IMG/VR virus record: IMGVR_UViG_3300028025_001987
Coordinates: 1-63,424 of that record
Source of the DNA: a virus
Lineage: Duplodnaviria > Caudoviricetes
Length of the DNA stretch: 63,424 nucleotides
Direction: 5' to 3' (one strand)
How positions within the stretch are numbered: the first letter of the stretch is position 1; each line of letters starts with the position of its first letter. Made by a program: the position numbers and the translations under genes. Shown here in pieces: positions 1-8,115 of the stretch. The notes under the pieces were generated by a model. The model worked only from the letters and a program-made list of their open reading frames with translations, was not told where the DNA came from and ran no database searches.

Positions 1-74
1 GCCCAAACACTACTAGTATCTAAAAAAAGTTTTATCTTTACTCTGAAATATTTCAAACTTCAAAAAAAATTATT

Positions 75-332
75 ATGAAACTAAAATTTGGAAATTCTGT
101 TTACAAGAAGGATTTGTCTAACAGCATCTATCAGCAGAAGGGAGCAAGTTTTGGGTTGACTGTAAACAAGGGTATGGAGATTAATAACCGCCCTGATGGT
201 CAAACCGGAATTAGACAAGCTGCCGATGTTAAGAAGGTTGTCAAAAAAGCTGAGAAGGTTCAGATGATGGCTGAGGCTGTATTCTTGGGCAACATTCGTT
301 CTGAGATGATGGAAGGTCCTGAGATGGACTAG
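75..332 (+). CDS. hypothetical protein
   Basis: 85-aa ORF with A-rich upstream, followed by a terminator. Confidence 0.6.
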   Translation: MKLKFGNSVYKKDLSNSIYQQKGASFGLTVNKGMEINNRPDGQTGIRQAADVKKVVKKAEKVQMMAEAVFLGNIRSEMMEGPEMD

Positions 333-352
333 TAAAACTTCATTACTTTAGG

Positions 353-384
353 AGACCCAATATTAGCATATTGGGTTTCTTTTT
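353..384 (+). terminator. intrinsic terminator
   Basis: AGACCCAATAT-TAGC-ATATTGGGTTT hairpin followed by a T run. Confidence 0.7.
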
Positions 385-391
385 GTCTTGT

Positions 392-707
392 AATGTCAAT
401 ATTGACATTTTTGTCTTGATTTTATGTCGTTTTTATGTCGATTTTATTTTTATAATTTATTGATTATTAATACTTTATTCTTTTAATGTCGAAAATGTCG
501 ATTTTAAAGAGAAAATAATACAGGAAAAAAAATAAAAGGAGGGGAATATATATAAGAAGAAGTAGGAAATTTTTCTGCATTCTCGTCATAAAGATGATGA
601 AAACTCTGTAAATCCTTTATACCATTGCATTTCAGACAATGTCGTTTATTTTAAAGTCGACATAAATCTGTCATAAATCGACATTTCTATGTTAAAAATC
701 GACATTA
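392..707. repeat. ATGTCG/CGACAT iteron-like cluster A (candidate origin or protein-binding array)
   Basis: ATGTCG at 424, 435, 486, 495, 639; inverted CGACAT at 658, 679, 700; AT/A-rich spacers in non-coding DNA. Confidence 0.55.
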
Positions 708-818
708 TGCTGCAATTTTTTAACATTGCAGAGTGCAATCTACTCATCCTAACGGGTGCAATCTATCTTATGGAATAAATATTTTTCTAAAAAGGTGGTT
801 AATATACCACAGGTTGAC

Positions 819-826
819 TATATTTG
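819..826 (+). promoter_or_regulatory. Bacteroidota sigma-ABfr -7 promoter element upstream of groEL
   Basis: TATATTTG matches TAnnTTTG. Confidence 0.6.
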
Positions 827-924
827 TACAATGATAAAGATATTTAAACAAATATGGCTTGGTATTATAATTGCAGAGTCAAATAGAGATAAATGTCAAT
901 TCGGTAAATTTTAAATTCAATCAA

Positions 925-2541
925 ATGGTAGAAACATCAGGCATTGGGTACTCACCCAAAGATTTGCAGTTCGGTTCAGAAGGAAGGAAAAAACTTATTA
1001 GTGGTGTCGTTAAGATGTCTAAGGCTGTTAAGTCAACTCTTGGACCAAGTGGTAACACTGTACTCATTGAGAGTCCACATCACACACACGGCATCACAGT
1101 TACTAAGGATGGTGTAACAGTTGCTAAGTCAATTGACCTCATTGACCCAAGCGAAAACCTTGCGGTTAAGATGATGAAGGAAGCGGCAGACAAAACAGCT
1201 ACCGCTGCAGGGGATGGAACGACAACAGCAATTGTGTTGACTGAGGGATTGGTACTTGGAGGACTTGAGCATATCAAAGAGGATATGAACAGAACCGAGG
1301 TATTAAGACATATGGTGGACATTAGTAACAAGGTGGTGGACAAGTTAAGGCGTAAGGCTAAAAAGGTCAGCAGCACGATGCTATTAGACGTGGCGAGCAT
1401 TTCTGCCAACAACGACAGAGAGATTGGTCGCATTATTGCGGAGGTTTATAAGGATGTGGGTAAGACGGGTATTGTGACAGTGGAAAGAAGTCAGACATCA
1501 GAGACCTATGCAGAGACAACTAAGGGGTTGAAATTTGACAGGGGTTATTTGAGTCCGATGTTTATCAACGATGCTAAGAAAGACGAGTGTGTGTTTGAGG
1601 ATGTGATGGTTTTGGTATGTGATATGGAGATAGCGAATATTTTACAGATTGAGAATGTGTTGAAACCAATTATATCAGAAGGCAAGAAGCTGCTTATCAT
1701 CTCTCCGTGTAACACAAATGTGGTGAACACGCTTGCAGCAAACTCAGTTAAGGGGAACTTGAAAGTGGTAGCTGTGCCTCCGCCAAACTTTGGATACAAG
1801 CAGCACGAGTTGATGCAAGACATTGCAATTAGCGTTGGAGCAACATACTACAGCGAGAAGACGGGTGATGACTTAAGCCATATCAACTATGGAGACTTGG
1901 GGCACGCAGGTAAGGTAATAGTGAGCAAAGATAAGACGGTGATTATAAGAAGTACAGCTAAAGCTGATGAGAAATTAGTTGACGAAAGGGTTAAGCAGTT
2001 ATGGGATGCACACAAAGAAGCGACTAAGAAAGGTGACAAAGACTTTTTGTTGGAGAGAATAGCATCACTTACGGGTGGCATTGGGGTAATATTCGTAGGT
2101 GGTCAGACTGACCTTGAGCAAAAAGAGTTGTATGACAGGGTTGATGATGCAGTTTGTGCAGTTCGTTCCGCACTTGAGGAAGGAATACTACCGGGAGCCG
2201 GTAAGGCATTGCTTGATGAAGCATCTGACTTAGGTGCTCCAAGTCATAGTCTTGAATATAATGCAGCACTTGATATTGTTCGTAACGCATTAATGGCTCC
2301 ATTCCAACAGATATTAGCTAACGCAGGTCTTAAACCAAGCGATGTGTATAAAGATGCTACTCCACTTGGTCACGGGTACAACCTGAAGACCGGTCAGATG
2401 GGTGACTTGGTTGAGATGGGTGTTATTGACCCATTGAAAGTTACAAGGTCAGCGTTGCAAAACGCAGTCAGCGTAGCTGTAACCATCCTAAGTACAAACG
2501 CAATTATCACAATGGCTCGTACATATGAGCAACAACAATAA
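925..2541 (+). CDS. groEL: Phage chaperonin GroEL (Cpn60)
   Basis: TLGPSG, VTKDGVTVAK, AGDGTTTA, FDRGYLSP, GVIDPLKVTRSALQNA motifs; start moved from 871 to the ATG at 925 behind AATCAAATG. Confidence 0.97.
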   Translation: MVETSGIGYSPKDLQFGSEGRKKLISGVVKMSKAVKSTLGPSGNTVLIESPHHTHGITVTKDGVTVAKSIDLIDPSENLAVKMMKEAADKTATAAGDGTTTAIVLTEGLVLGGLEHIKEDMNRTEVLRHMVDISNKVVDKLRRKAKKVSSTMLLDVASISANNDREIGRIIAEVYKDVGKTGIVTVERSQTSETYAETTKGLKFDRGYLSPMFINDAKKDECVFEDVMVLVCDMEIANILQIENVLKPIISEGKKLLIISPCNTNVVNTLAANSVKGNLKVVAVPPPNFGYKQHELMQDIAISVGATYYSEKTGDDLSHINYGDLGHAGKVIVSKDKTVIIRSTAKADEKLVDERVKQLWDAHKEATKKGDKDFLLERIASLTGGIGVIFVGGQTDLEQKELYDRVDDAVCAVRSALEEGILPGAGKALLDEASDLGAPSHSLEYNAALDIVRNALMAPFQQILANAGLKPSDVYKDATPLGHGYNLKTGQMGDLVEMGVIDPLKVTRSALQNAVSVAVTILSTNAIITMARTYEQQQ

Positions 2542-2581
2542 TCCGTAGGCTTTAGCCTACAAAAAATTAAAATTAAATACT

Positions 2582-2833
2582 ATGAATTTTGGACAAGCAT
2601 TAGAAGATTTAAAAATTGGAGCAAAGATTGCTCGCAAAGGATGGAATGGTAAAGGAATTTTTATTGAATTACAAATTCCTGATGAGCATTCTAAAATGAC
2701 AAGCCCATATATCTTCATTGATACAACAGAGTTACAAACAGAAAATCCGGACGCTCCTAAAAGCAGAGTCCCTTGGTTAGCATCTCAAACTGATATGCTT
2801 GCTGAAGATTGGGTAATAGTATTAAACGATTAG
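2582..2833 (+). CDS. DUF2829 / Tad2-like protein (putative immune-signal sponge)
   Basis: MNFGQALE..K.G.K.AR.GWNGKG and PWLASQTDMLAEDW signature. Confidence 0.85.
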   Translation: MNFGQALEDLKIGAKIARKGWNGKGIFIELQIPDEHSKMTSPYIFIDTTELQTENPDAPKSRVPWLASQTDMLAEDWVIVLND

Positions 2834-2836
2834 AAA

Positions 2837-3094
2837 ATGAAACCAATAGGCAAATACATTATCGTAAAAGACATCCAAGAGACAATAACAACTGAAAGCG
2901 GTTTGTTATTGTCAGGGGAGGATACCAATCAGTTACGCTACAAGCGTGCGATGGTGATTGAGTCCGGAACTGACGTAAGTGTTATTGAACAGGGCGATGA
3001 GTTGTACTACGACAAGGCACACAGCTTTACAATGCTGATTGATGATATGCAATATACCATTATTTCTGAGAGGGATGTGGTGGTTGTGGTGTAG
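2837..3094 (+). CDS. groES: Co-chaperonin GroES (Cpn10)
   Basis: MKPIGKYIIV, TTESGLLL mobile loop, GDELYY, ISERDVVVV. Confidence 0.9.
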   Translation: MKPIGKYIIVKDIQETITTESGLLLSGEDTNQLRYKRAMVIESGTDVSVIEQGDELYYDKAHSFTMLIDDMQYTIISERDVVVVV

Positions 3095-3530
3095 GGCTTC
3101 GGTACTTATTGGCTCTTTGATAAGCGTTCATACTAACAATCATATTGCGGTAGACCTTATCATTGTAGGATACATTCTTTAAAAATAGAGGGTTAGACGA
3201 TAGACTGACGGGGATTTCTTCCCCGTTTAGTTTTTTATAGATGTCTACCACCAAGTTATTAGCTTTATAGGATAGTTGATAGAGTGCTCTTCCGTTACTA
3301 CTTCTTGTTCTAAACTTTTCAATCCACCCATCTTTGCGTAAGCGTTCAAATCTTCCTACTTCCCAACTAACAAGTTCATTAAACTCGTCAAACTTCTCTT
3401 TTCCAAAGTAGCTTTCTGAGTAAAGGAACAGAATGGTGTCTAGGTCAGCTTGGCTAAGTCCGTGCTTTGCCTTCATATAATACCTGATGACCCTCCAAAA
3501 TTTTAGGTAATCATTTGGTGGTGATTTCAT
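3060..3530 (-). CDS. hypothetical protein, possible winged-helix DNA-binding protein
   Basis: 156-aa ORF; GLSQADLDTILFLY...FERLRKDGWIE...LYQLS pattern resembles a wHTH. Confidence 0.55.
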   Translation of the reverse strand: MKSPPNDYLKFWRVIRYYMKAKHGLSQADLDTILFLYSESYFGKEKFDEFNELVSWEVGRFERLRKDGWIEKFRTRSSNGRALYQLSYKANNLVVDIYKKLNGEEIPVSLSSNPLFLKNVSYNDKVYRNMIVSMNAYQRANKYRSPTPQPPHPSQK

Positions 3531-3545
3531 TTCATTAAATTTTAT

Positions 3546-3553
3546 TACATTTG
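3546..3553 (+). promoter_or_regulatory. -7 promoter element
   Basis: TACATTTG in the divergent intergenic gap. Confidence 0.55.
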
Positions 3554-3579
3554 TACTGTAAAGTTAATAATTTTAATTT

Positions 3580-3783
3580 ATGGTACAAGGCAAAAAAGTA
3601 GAGACTCTTCAAGAAACATTGAATGGTATTACATTCAAGAATGAGCAAGCAAGAAAAATTAAAGCTATGCAAGAAGGTAAAGAGAGATTAAAAGATGGAC
3701 TAGGTAGGGCTAAAGCTATTAAGCAAAGTGCTATTAGTCGTGTTAAAGGATTAAAAGGTTTACAAGGTTTACAATCATTATAA
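3580..3783 (+). CDS. hypothetical basic protein
   Basis: 67-aa ORF after the promoter. Confidence 0.55.
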   Translation: MVQGKKVETLQETLNGITFKNEQARKIKAMQEGKERLKDGLGRAKAIKQSAISRVKGLKGLQGLQSL

Positions 3784-3803
3784 AAAAAATAAAAATTAAA
3801 AAA

Positions 3804-3980
3804 ATGGCAAAGTCAACTCCAAATTTACCCGCTTCATCAAGAATGCAAATGCCTTCAGGCGGTGGACCATCAATCAAAGGTGCAATCAAAGTAAAAGCAT
3901 TAGGTATGGTAGGTGGTGTTCCTTCTAAAGGAAAGATTACAGGTGCAGGTAAAGGTGCAACTAAAAAAGCAATGTATTAA
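3804..3980 (+). CDS. small Gly/Lys-rich protein (not in ORF track)
   Basis: MAKSTPNLPASSR...KKAMY, 58 aa, poly-A upstream. Confidence 0.55.
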   Translation: MAKSTPNLPASSRMQMPSGGGPSIKGAIKVKALGMVGGVPSKGKITGAGKGATKKAMY

Positions 3981-3997
3981 TCTTTAAAACAAAAGTT

Positions 3998-4174
3998 ATG
4001 GCAAAGTCAAAACTAATTGATGAAGTAATTCAAGAAGATGTTGTGGTATCTGAAGAGGTAGTTGCTGAAGTAAAAAAAGCAGTTGCTCCAAAAGATGCTT
4101 ACGCTATTCCTGAAATAAAAGAAGAAGATAAACCCCAAGAGCCGGGTCATTCAAGAAGAGATTTTAGAAACTAA
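3998..4174 (+). CDS. small acidic protein (not in ORF track)
   Basis: MAKSKLIDEVIQED...RRDFRN, 58 aa, fills the operon gap. Confidence 0.55.
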   Translation: MAKSKLIDEVIQEDVVVSEEVVAEVKKAVAPKDAYAIPEIKEEDKPQEPGHSRRDFRN

Positions 4175-4179
4175 TCTAT

Positions 4180-4470
4180 ATGGCTGATAAGTCAAAAATG
4201 CAATGTAACCGTCCTACTGCTTCGGATAGACCGGGGAAGAAGAAGATGGTTAAAGCCTGTTCCAATGGGGAGGAGAAACTCCTCCACTTTGGAGCAAAGG
4301 GATATGGGAATAATTATTCTGCTGCTGCTCGTAAAAGTTTTAAAGCAAGACATAGTTGCGATACAGCTACAGATAAATTAACTCCAAGATATTGGGCGTG
4401 CAAAAACTTATGGGCAGGTCCGGGTGGTTCAACAACAAGTAATCCTAAAGGTCGTAAAGGAAAATATTAA
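4180..4470 (+). CDS. conserved phage hypothetical protein
   Basis: HFGAKGY...RKSFKARHSC...YWACKNLW motif typical of small phage proteins. Confidence 0.7.
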   Translation: MADKSKMQCNRPTASDRPGKKKMVKACSNGEEKLLHFGAKGYGNNYSAAARKSFKARHSCDTATDKLTPRYWACKNLWAGPGGSTTSNPKGRKGKY

Positions 4471-4480
4471 ATCAAATCAA

Positions 4481-4657
4481 ATGGAACAAGAAGAAAAAAA
4501 AAGTAAAGGTCTTGGCGATACTATTGAAAAGTTCACAACAGCTACCGGAATTAAGAAGGTAGTAGAAACTGTAGCTAAAGTAACAGGTAAAGATTGTGGA
4601 TGCAAAGCACGCAAAGACGCATTAAATAGAGCATTTCCTTATCAAGATAAAAAATAA
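4481..4657 (+). CDS. small phage protein (GLGDTIEK...DCGC..RK..LN type)
   Basis: Start behind ATCAAATCAAATG; CGC motif. Confidence 0.65.
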   Translation: MEQEEKKSKGLGDTIEKFTTATGIKKVVETVAKVTGKDCGCKARKDALNRAFPYQDKK

Positions 4658-4662
4658 AAAAT

Positions 4663-5154
4663 ATGTCAGTTTTTAAAACAACATTTTCAAGAGCATTAAG
4701 AGTTATACCTACTGATAATGCGGTTGTTCCTTCTCCTCAAACTATAAGTACAGGAACAAATACTTCTGCTGTAACCAATCAATTGGTTAACTCAGCAGGC
4801 GACTTCCTAAACTTAAACGTAGCCGTTGGTGATGTTGTTTACAACACAACTGATGGAACAGCAGCAACCGTGGTATCTGTATCAAGTGCAACTGTAGTTG
4901 TTCTTAATGCAGACATATTCACAGCTACTTCTAAGACTTATGTTATTTATCAGCAATCTCCTCAAACAAGCTATGGCAACAATGGTTGTTATTTGTTTAT
5001 TGGCGGTGCAGGTAACGTAGCAGTTACAACTATCGGTGGTGATGACGTTATATTTAACGCAGTTCCAATTGGAACAGTATTACCGGTACAAGTATTGAAA
5101 GTTAAGTCCTCAGGTAGTGGTACAACAGCAACACTTATTAACGCACTTTGGTAA
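4663..5154 (+). CDS. putative virion structural/decoration protein
   Basis: Beta-rich Thr/Val/Ser composition; shares a segment with the 27444 gene product. Confidence 0.6.
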   Translation: MSVFKTTFSRALRVIPTDNAVVPSPQTISTGTNTSAVTNQLVNSAGDFLNLNVAVGDVVYNTTDGTAATVVSVSSATVVVLNADIFTATSKTYVIYQQSPQTSYGNNGCYLFIGGAGNVAVTTIGGDDVIFNAVPIGTVLPVQVLKVKSSGSGTTATLINALW

Positions 5155-5164
5155 TTCAAGGATT

Positions 5165-5458
5165 ATGATGAGTAACCAAGACAACAGCAGACTTGATATT
5201 ATGGCAGACGAGTTAGAGTCTATCAAGACAGAGGTATCTGAGATGAAGGCTATGCTAAAAGATGTATATACTTTATTAGCCGGTAATCCAATAGATAAAG
5301 ATTCAAGTGGGCTCATAGGTAACTTCAAAGAAGTTAAAAAGGAGGTGTATGAGTTAAAAGTCGAACTAAAAAAGTACAAGGCTTACTTCTATGCGTTGGT
5401 TACGTTGGTTGGATTAGGTGCATTAAAAGTTATTACTGAATATATAGTTAGAAAATAA
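5165..5458 (+). CDS. coiled-coil protein with C-terminal TM helix
   Basis: Heptad pattern then YFYALVTLVGLGAL. Confidence 0.55.
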   Translation: MMSNQDNSRLDIMADELESIKTEVSEMKAMLKDVYTLLAGNPIDKDSSGLIGNFKEVKKEVYELKVELKKYKAYFYALVTLVGLGALKVITEYIVRK

Positions 5459-5589
5459 TGGCAAAATCAACAAGTGGCAGTTCTTATATTAAGAAGCCAA
5501 AGAAAAGAGGACTTGCGGCAAAGACACAAACAAGCAAGACGAAGACAAGTAAACTTTATAAAAAAGCGTACCGAGGTCAAGGTCGATAA
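5458..5589 (+). CDS. small basic protein ending YRGQGR (not in ORF track)
   Basis: MAKSTSGSSYIKK...YKKAYRGQGR, 43 aa, TAATG overlap with the upstream gene. Confidence 0.55.
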   Translation: MAKSTSGSSYIKKPKKRGLAAKTQTSKTKTSKLYKKAYRGQGR

Positions 5590-5600
5590 ATAATAGTACA

Positions 5601-5894
5601 ATGGCAGTTAAAAACCTAAATCCTGTAACGAGCATAATGGACTTCAAGACATTTGCAAAGAATCCAATTGTTGCTACGTTATTCTTAGTATTGATAGCAA
5701 TATCATACCTATACATAGACGTTAAGTCTACTTTTAAAGAGCAGATAGTTTCTCAGAATGTAAAGGTTGAGAAGTTAGAAGGCAAAGTTGAGGTGATGCA
5801 GATTACACTTAGAAGAACTGACTCATCATTGGCTGCGGCTACTTCAAAACTTAGTACGTTAGAGCAATTAGGTAAAATTCAAAACATAAAGTAA
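5601..5894 (+). CDS. membrane protein, i-spanin-like
   Basis: N-terminal TM helix followed by coiled coil, in the lysis cassette. Confidence 0.5.
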   Translation: MAVKNLNPVTSIMDFKTFAKNPIVATLFLVLIAISYLYIDVKSTFKEQIVSQNVKVEKLEGKVEVMQITLRRTDSSLAAATSKLSTLEQLGKIQNIK

Positions 5895-6250
5895 TGAAAT
5901 ACTTATTTTTTCTTTTCTTGACAGGATGCACACTTAGTGCTCAACAACAAGATGCTGAGACGCAAAAAGATGCGGAGTTTCATAAGTTAATTACTAAGGC
6001 AAAAGAGAATCACACTAACTTTCATCACGTTCATAAAAAAGCTAAAGCTAAAGAAGAGATTTTGGTTGCTCAGGCAATTACTAAAATTGTAACTTTGAAA
6101 GCAGAAGTGAAAGACCTTAAAAATGAGATTAGTCAAATTAACGGTATTAAAGTTAGGATTGATACGGTATATATACACGATACCATTCAGATAAAAGAGA
6201 AGAAGAATTTTTGGGGAAAGACTAAAGTTGACACTACAAATAATGATTAA
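5894..6250 (+). CDS. lipoprotein, o-spanin-like
   Basis: MKYLFFLFLTGC lipobox, translationally coupled to the upstream gene. Confidence 0.5.
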   Translation: MKYLFFLFLTGCTLSAQQQDAETQKDAEFHKLITKAKENHTNFHHVHKKAKAKEEILVAQAITKIVTLKAEVKDLKNEISQINGIKVRIDTVYIHDTIQIKEKKNFWGKTKVDTTNND

Positions 6251-6517
6251 ATGAAAAAAGTATTTGGATGGCTTTCAGGATTTTTTTCCTCAGAAAGCGG
6301 AACATCAAGCAAGAGATTAGTAGGTATAATTGGTGCGTTTGTGCTATTTTATACTTTGTATGATAACTCAAAGTCTACAGATAATTATGCTCCGGCAGAT
6401 TCTCTTGTATGGGCAACGTTTGCACTTAGTGCTGTAGCATTAGGTCTTACAACCATTGAGTCAGTAACAACCCTTGTAAAAGGATTTAAAGGAAACGATA
6501 CTAAAAAAGAAGAATAA
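6251..6517 (+). CDS. putative holin
   Basis: Two TM helices, SSKRLVG motif, charged C-terminus, directly before the endolysin. Confidence 0.65.
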   Translation: MKKVFGWLSGFFSSESGTSSKRLVGIIGAFVLFYTLYDNSKSTDNYAPADSLVWATFALSAVALGLTTIESVTTLVKGFKGNDTKKEE

Positions 6518-7023
6518 TGAAAGACCAAAAAACATTAGAGCGAATCCAATTGCTCCACCCTAAATTAAGAGAAGAAGCGTTGGCTATGTATGATGAGATT
6601 GTGGCAGCTTTAACAGGCACGGCAGCTTGTCGTTTTGCTTATACGCTTAGAACATTTGCTGAGCAAGATGCATTATATGCTCAAGGAAGAACAAAACCGG
6701 GAGCCATTGTAACAAAAGCTAAAGGTGGTCAGTCTTACCATAATTATGGCTTGGCTATTGATATTGTTCTATTAGTAGATAAAGATAAGAACGGAACATT
6801 TGAGACGGCAAGTTGGGACTTAAAGACTGACTTTGATGGTGATGGTAAGAGTGATTGGCAGGAAGTAGTGGCTATTTTTAAAAGATATGGCTACGAATGG
6901 GGTGGTGATTGGAAATTTAATGATGCTCCTCACTTCCAAAAAACACTTGGTAAATCTGTTTCTGAACTACAAGCATTACATAACACAGGCAAAGTTGACA
7001 AGAATGGCTTTGTATTAATCTAA
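6517..7023 (+). CDS. Endolysin, peptidase M15 (L-Ala-D-Glu peptidase-like)
   Basis: R..AEQDALYAQGRT.PG.IVT.A..GQSYHNYGLAID...WGGDW...DAPHFQ. Confidence 0.92.
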   Translation: MKDQKTLERIQLLHPKLREEALAMYDEIVAALTGTAACRFAYTLRTFAEQDALYAQGRTKPGAIVTKAKGGQSYHNYGLAIDIVLLVDKDKNGTFETASWDLKTDFDGDGKSDWQEVVAIFKRYGYEWGGDWKFNDAPHFQKTLGKSVSELQALHNTGKVDKNGFVLI

Positions 7024-7029
7024 TAATAT

Positions 7030-7485
7030 ATGGGGAAGTATCTTACATTATTGTTGGTTAGTTCCCTATTATTCTCTTGTGCAGCAAGGAAGGTGGCGGT
7101 TACTAAGACACAAGTAGAAACACATATTGACAGCACGGCTGTCGAAAAAAAGGATAGCGTCTCTGTACAACAGAACGCTATTTCTATTAAAGAGGACATT
7201 GATGAGATTGAGATAATCCCCATTGATACAGCTAAGCCATTAATAATTGATGGTAAGCAGTACTTTAATGCTACAGTTAGGCTTAAAAAAACACGTAGAC
7301 ACGTAGTGGATACGTCCAAGATAACTATATCTCAGTCGTCAGAGAACACGGTATTAGTAAAGAAGGATGTAAAAGAAAAAGGATTTGAGAAGAAGACTGA
7401 AAAGAAGGCAAATTTCTTATTTTACATATGGTTATGCCTTATACCTATTTGTCTTTGGCTTATATGGAGATTTGGAATAAAATGA
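7030..7485 (+). CDS. lipoprotein with C-terminal TM (unimolecular spanin-like)
   Basis: LLFSC lipobox, beta-rich middle, C-terminal FLFYIWLCLIPICLWLIW. Confidence 0.6.
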   Translation: MGKYLTLLLVSSLLFSCAARKVAVTKTQVETHIDSTAVEKKDSVSVQQNAISIKEDIDEIEIIPIDTAKPLIIDGKQYFNATVRLKKTRRHVVDTSKITISQSSENTVLVKKDVKEKGFEKKTEKKANFLFYIWLCLIPICLWLIWRFGIK

Positions 7486-7499
7486 TAATTTTTATTTAC

Positions 7500-7507
7500 T
7501 ATATTTG
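7500..7507 (+). promoter_or_regulatory. -7 promoter element for the tail fibre operon
   Basis: TATATTTG. Confidence 0.6.
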
Positions 7508-7597
7508 TATAAATTAAAAATTAAGTCACTCCGTAGAGTAGTACGGAAATAAAAGATATACTTTGTGCTACTCTACAGAGTAAATAAATCAAATTAA

Positions 7598-7840
7598 ATG
7601 GCAAATTTAACAGCAGAAGAATTAGACTTTATTAAGACAGGTTCAGCAGAGTACACTAAGATAAAAATAGGTCTTGGCGAACTTGAATTGCAAAAACAAG
7701 GGTTAATCAAACAGGCACACACTATTGTTGAAGCCTTTACTAACAATGAGAAGATTCTTATTGATAAGTATGGTGCTGATTCAATAATTAATATGCAAAC
7801 GGGCGAAGTAACTCAAAAAGAAAAAGAAAAAAATGAGTAA
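7598..7840 (+). CDS. hypothetical protein
   Basis: 80-aa coiled-coil ORF ending KYG..SIINMQTGEV. Confidence 0.65.
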   Translation: MANLTAEELDFIKTGSAEYTKIKIGLGELELQKQGLIKQAHTIVEAFTNNEKILIDKYGADSIINMQTGEVTQKEKEKNE

Positions 7841-8102
7841 AATTAATTCATATAGTGTTGTTGCGTTACCAAAATTAACAGACAAACTTATAGGAACAAG
7901 CATTGATGGTGTTCCTGCGGATGTCACTTATAATTTTACGTTACAGCAGCTATTAAATTTATTTTCCGCAAATTTTAGTGCTTCAACTATTATAATAGGA
8001 AGTGTCCCAATTTATGCAGACAATGCCGCTGCTGTTGCAGGAGGATTGGCAATAGGAAAACTTTATAGGACAGGAGATACCTTGAAGATAGTTCACGTTT
8101 AA
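7833..8102 (+). CDS. short paralogue of the tail fibre N-terminal anchor
   Basis: First ~44 aa align with the N-terminus of the 8116 product. Confidence 0.7.
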   Translation: MSKINSYSVVALPKLTDKLIGTSIDGVPADVTYNFTLQQLLNLFSANFSASTIIIGSVPIYADNAAAVAGGLAIGKLYRTGDTLKIVHV

Positions 8103-8115
8103 AATTTTATAGCGG

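Noticed and set aside
711-765. CIRCE operator upstream of groEL (TGCAAT repeats, GAGTGCAA)
   Set aside because: Only a partial right arm; no TTAGCACTC-N9 left arm
871-924. TTG start for groEL
   Set aside because: ATG at 925 has the phage's typical leader and gives a normal GroEL N-terminus
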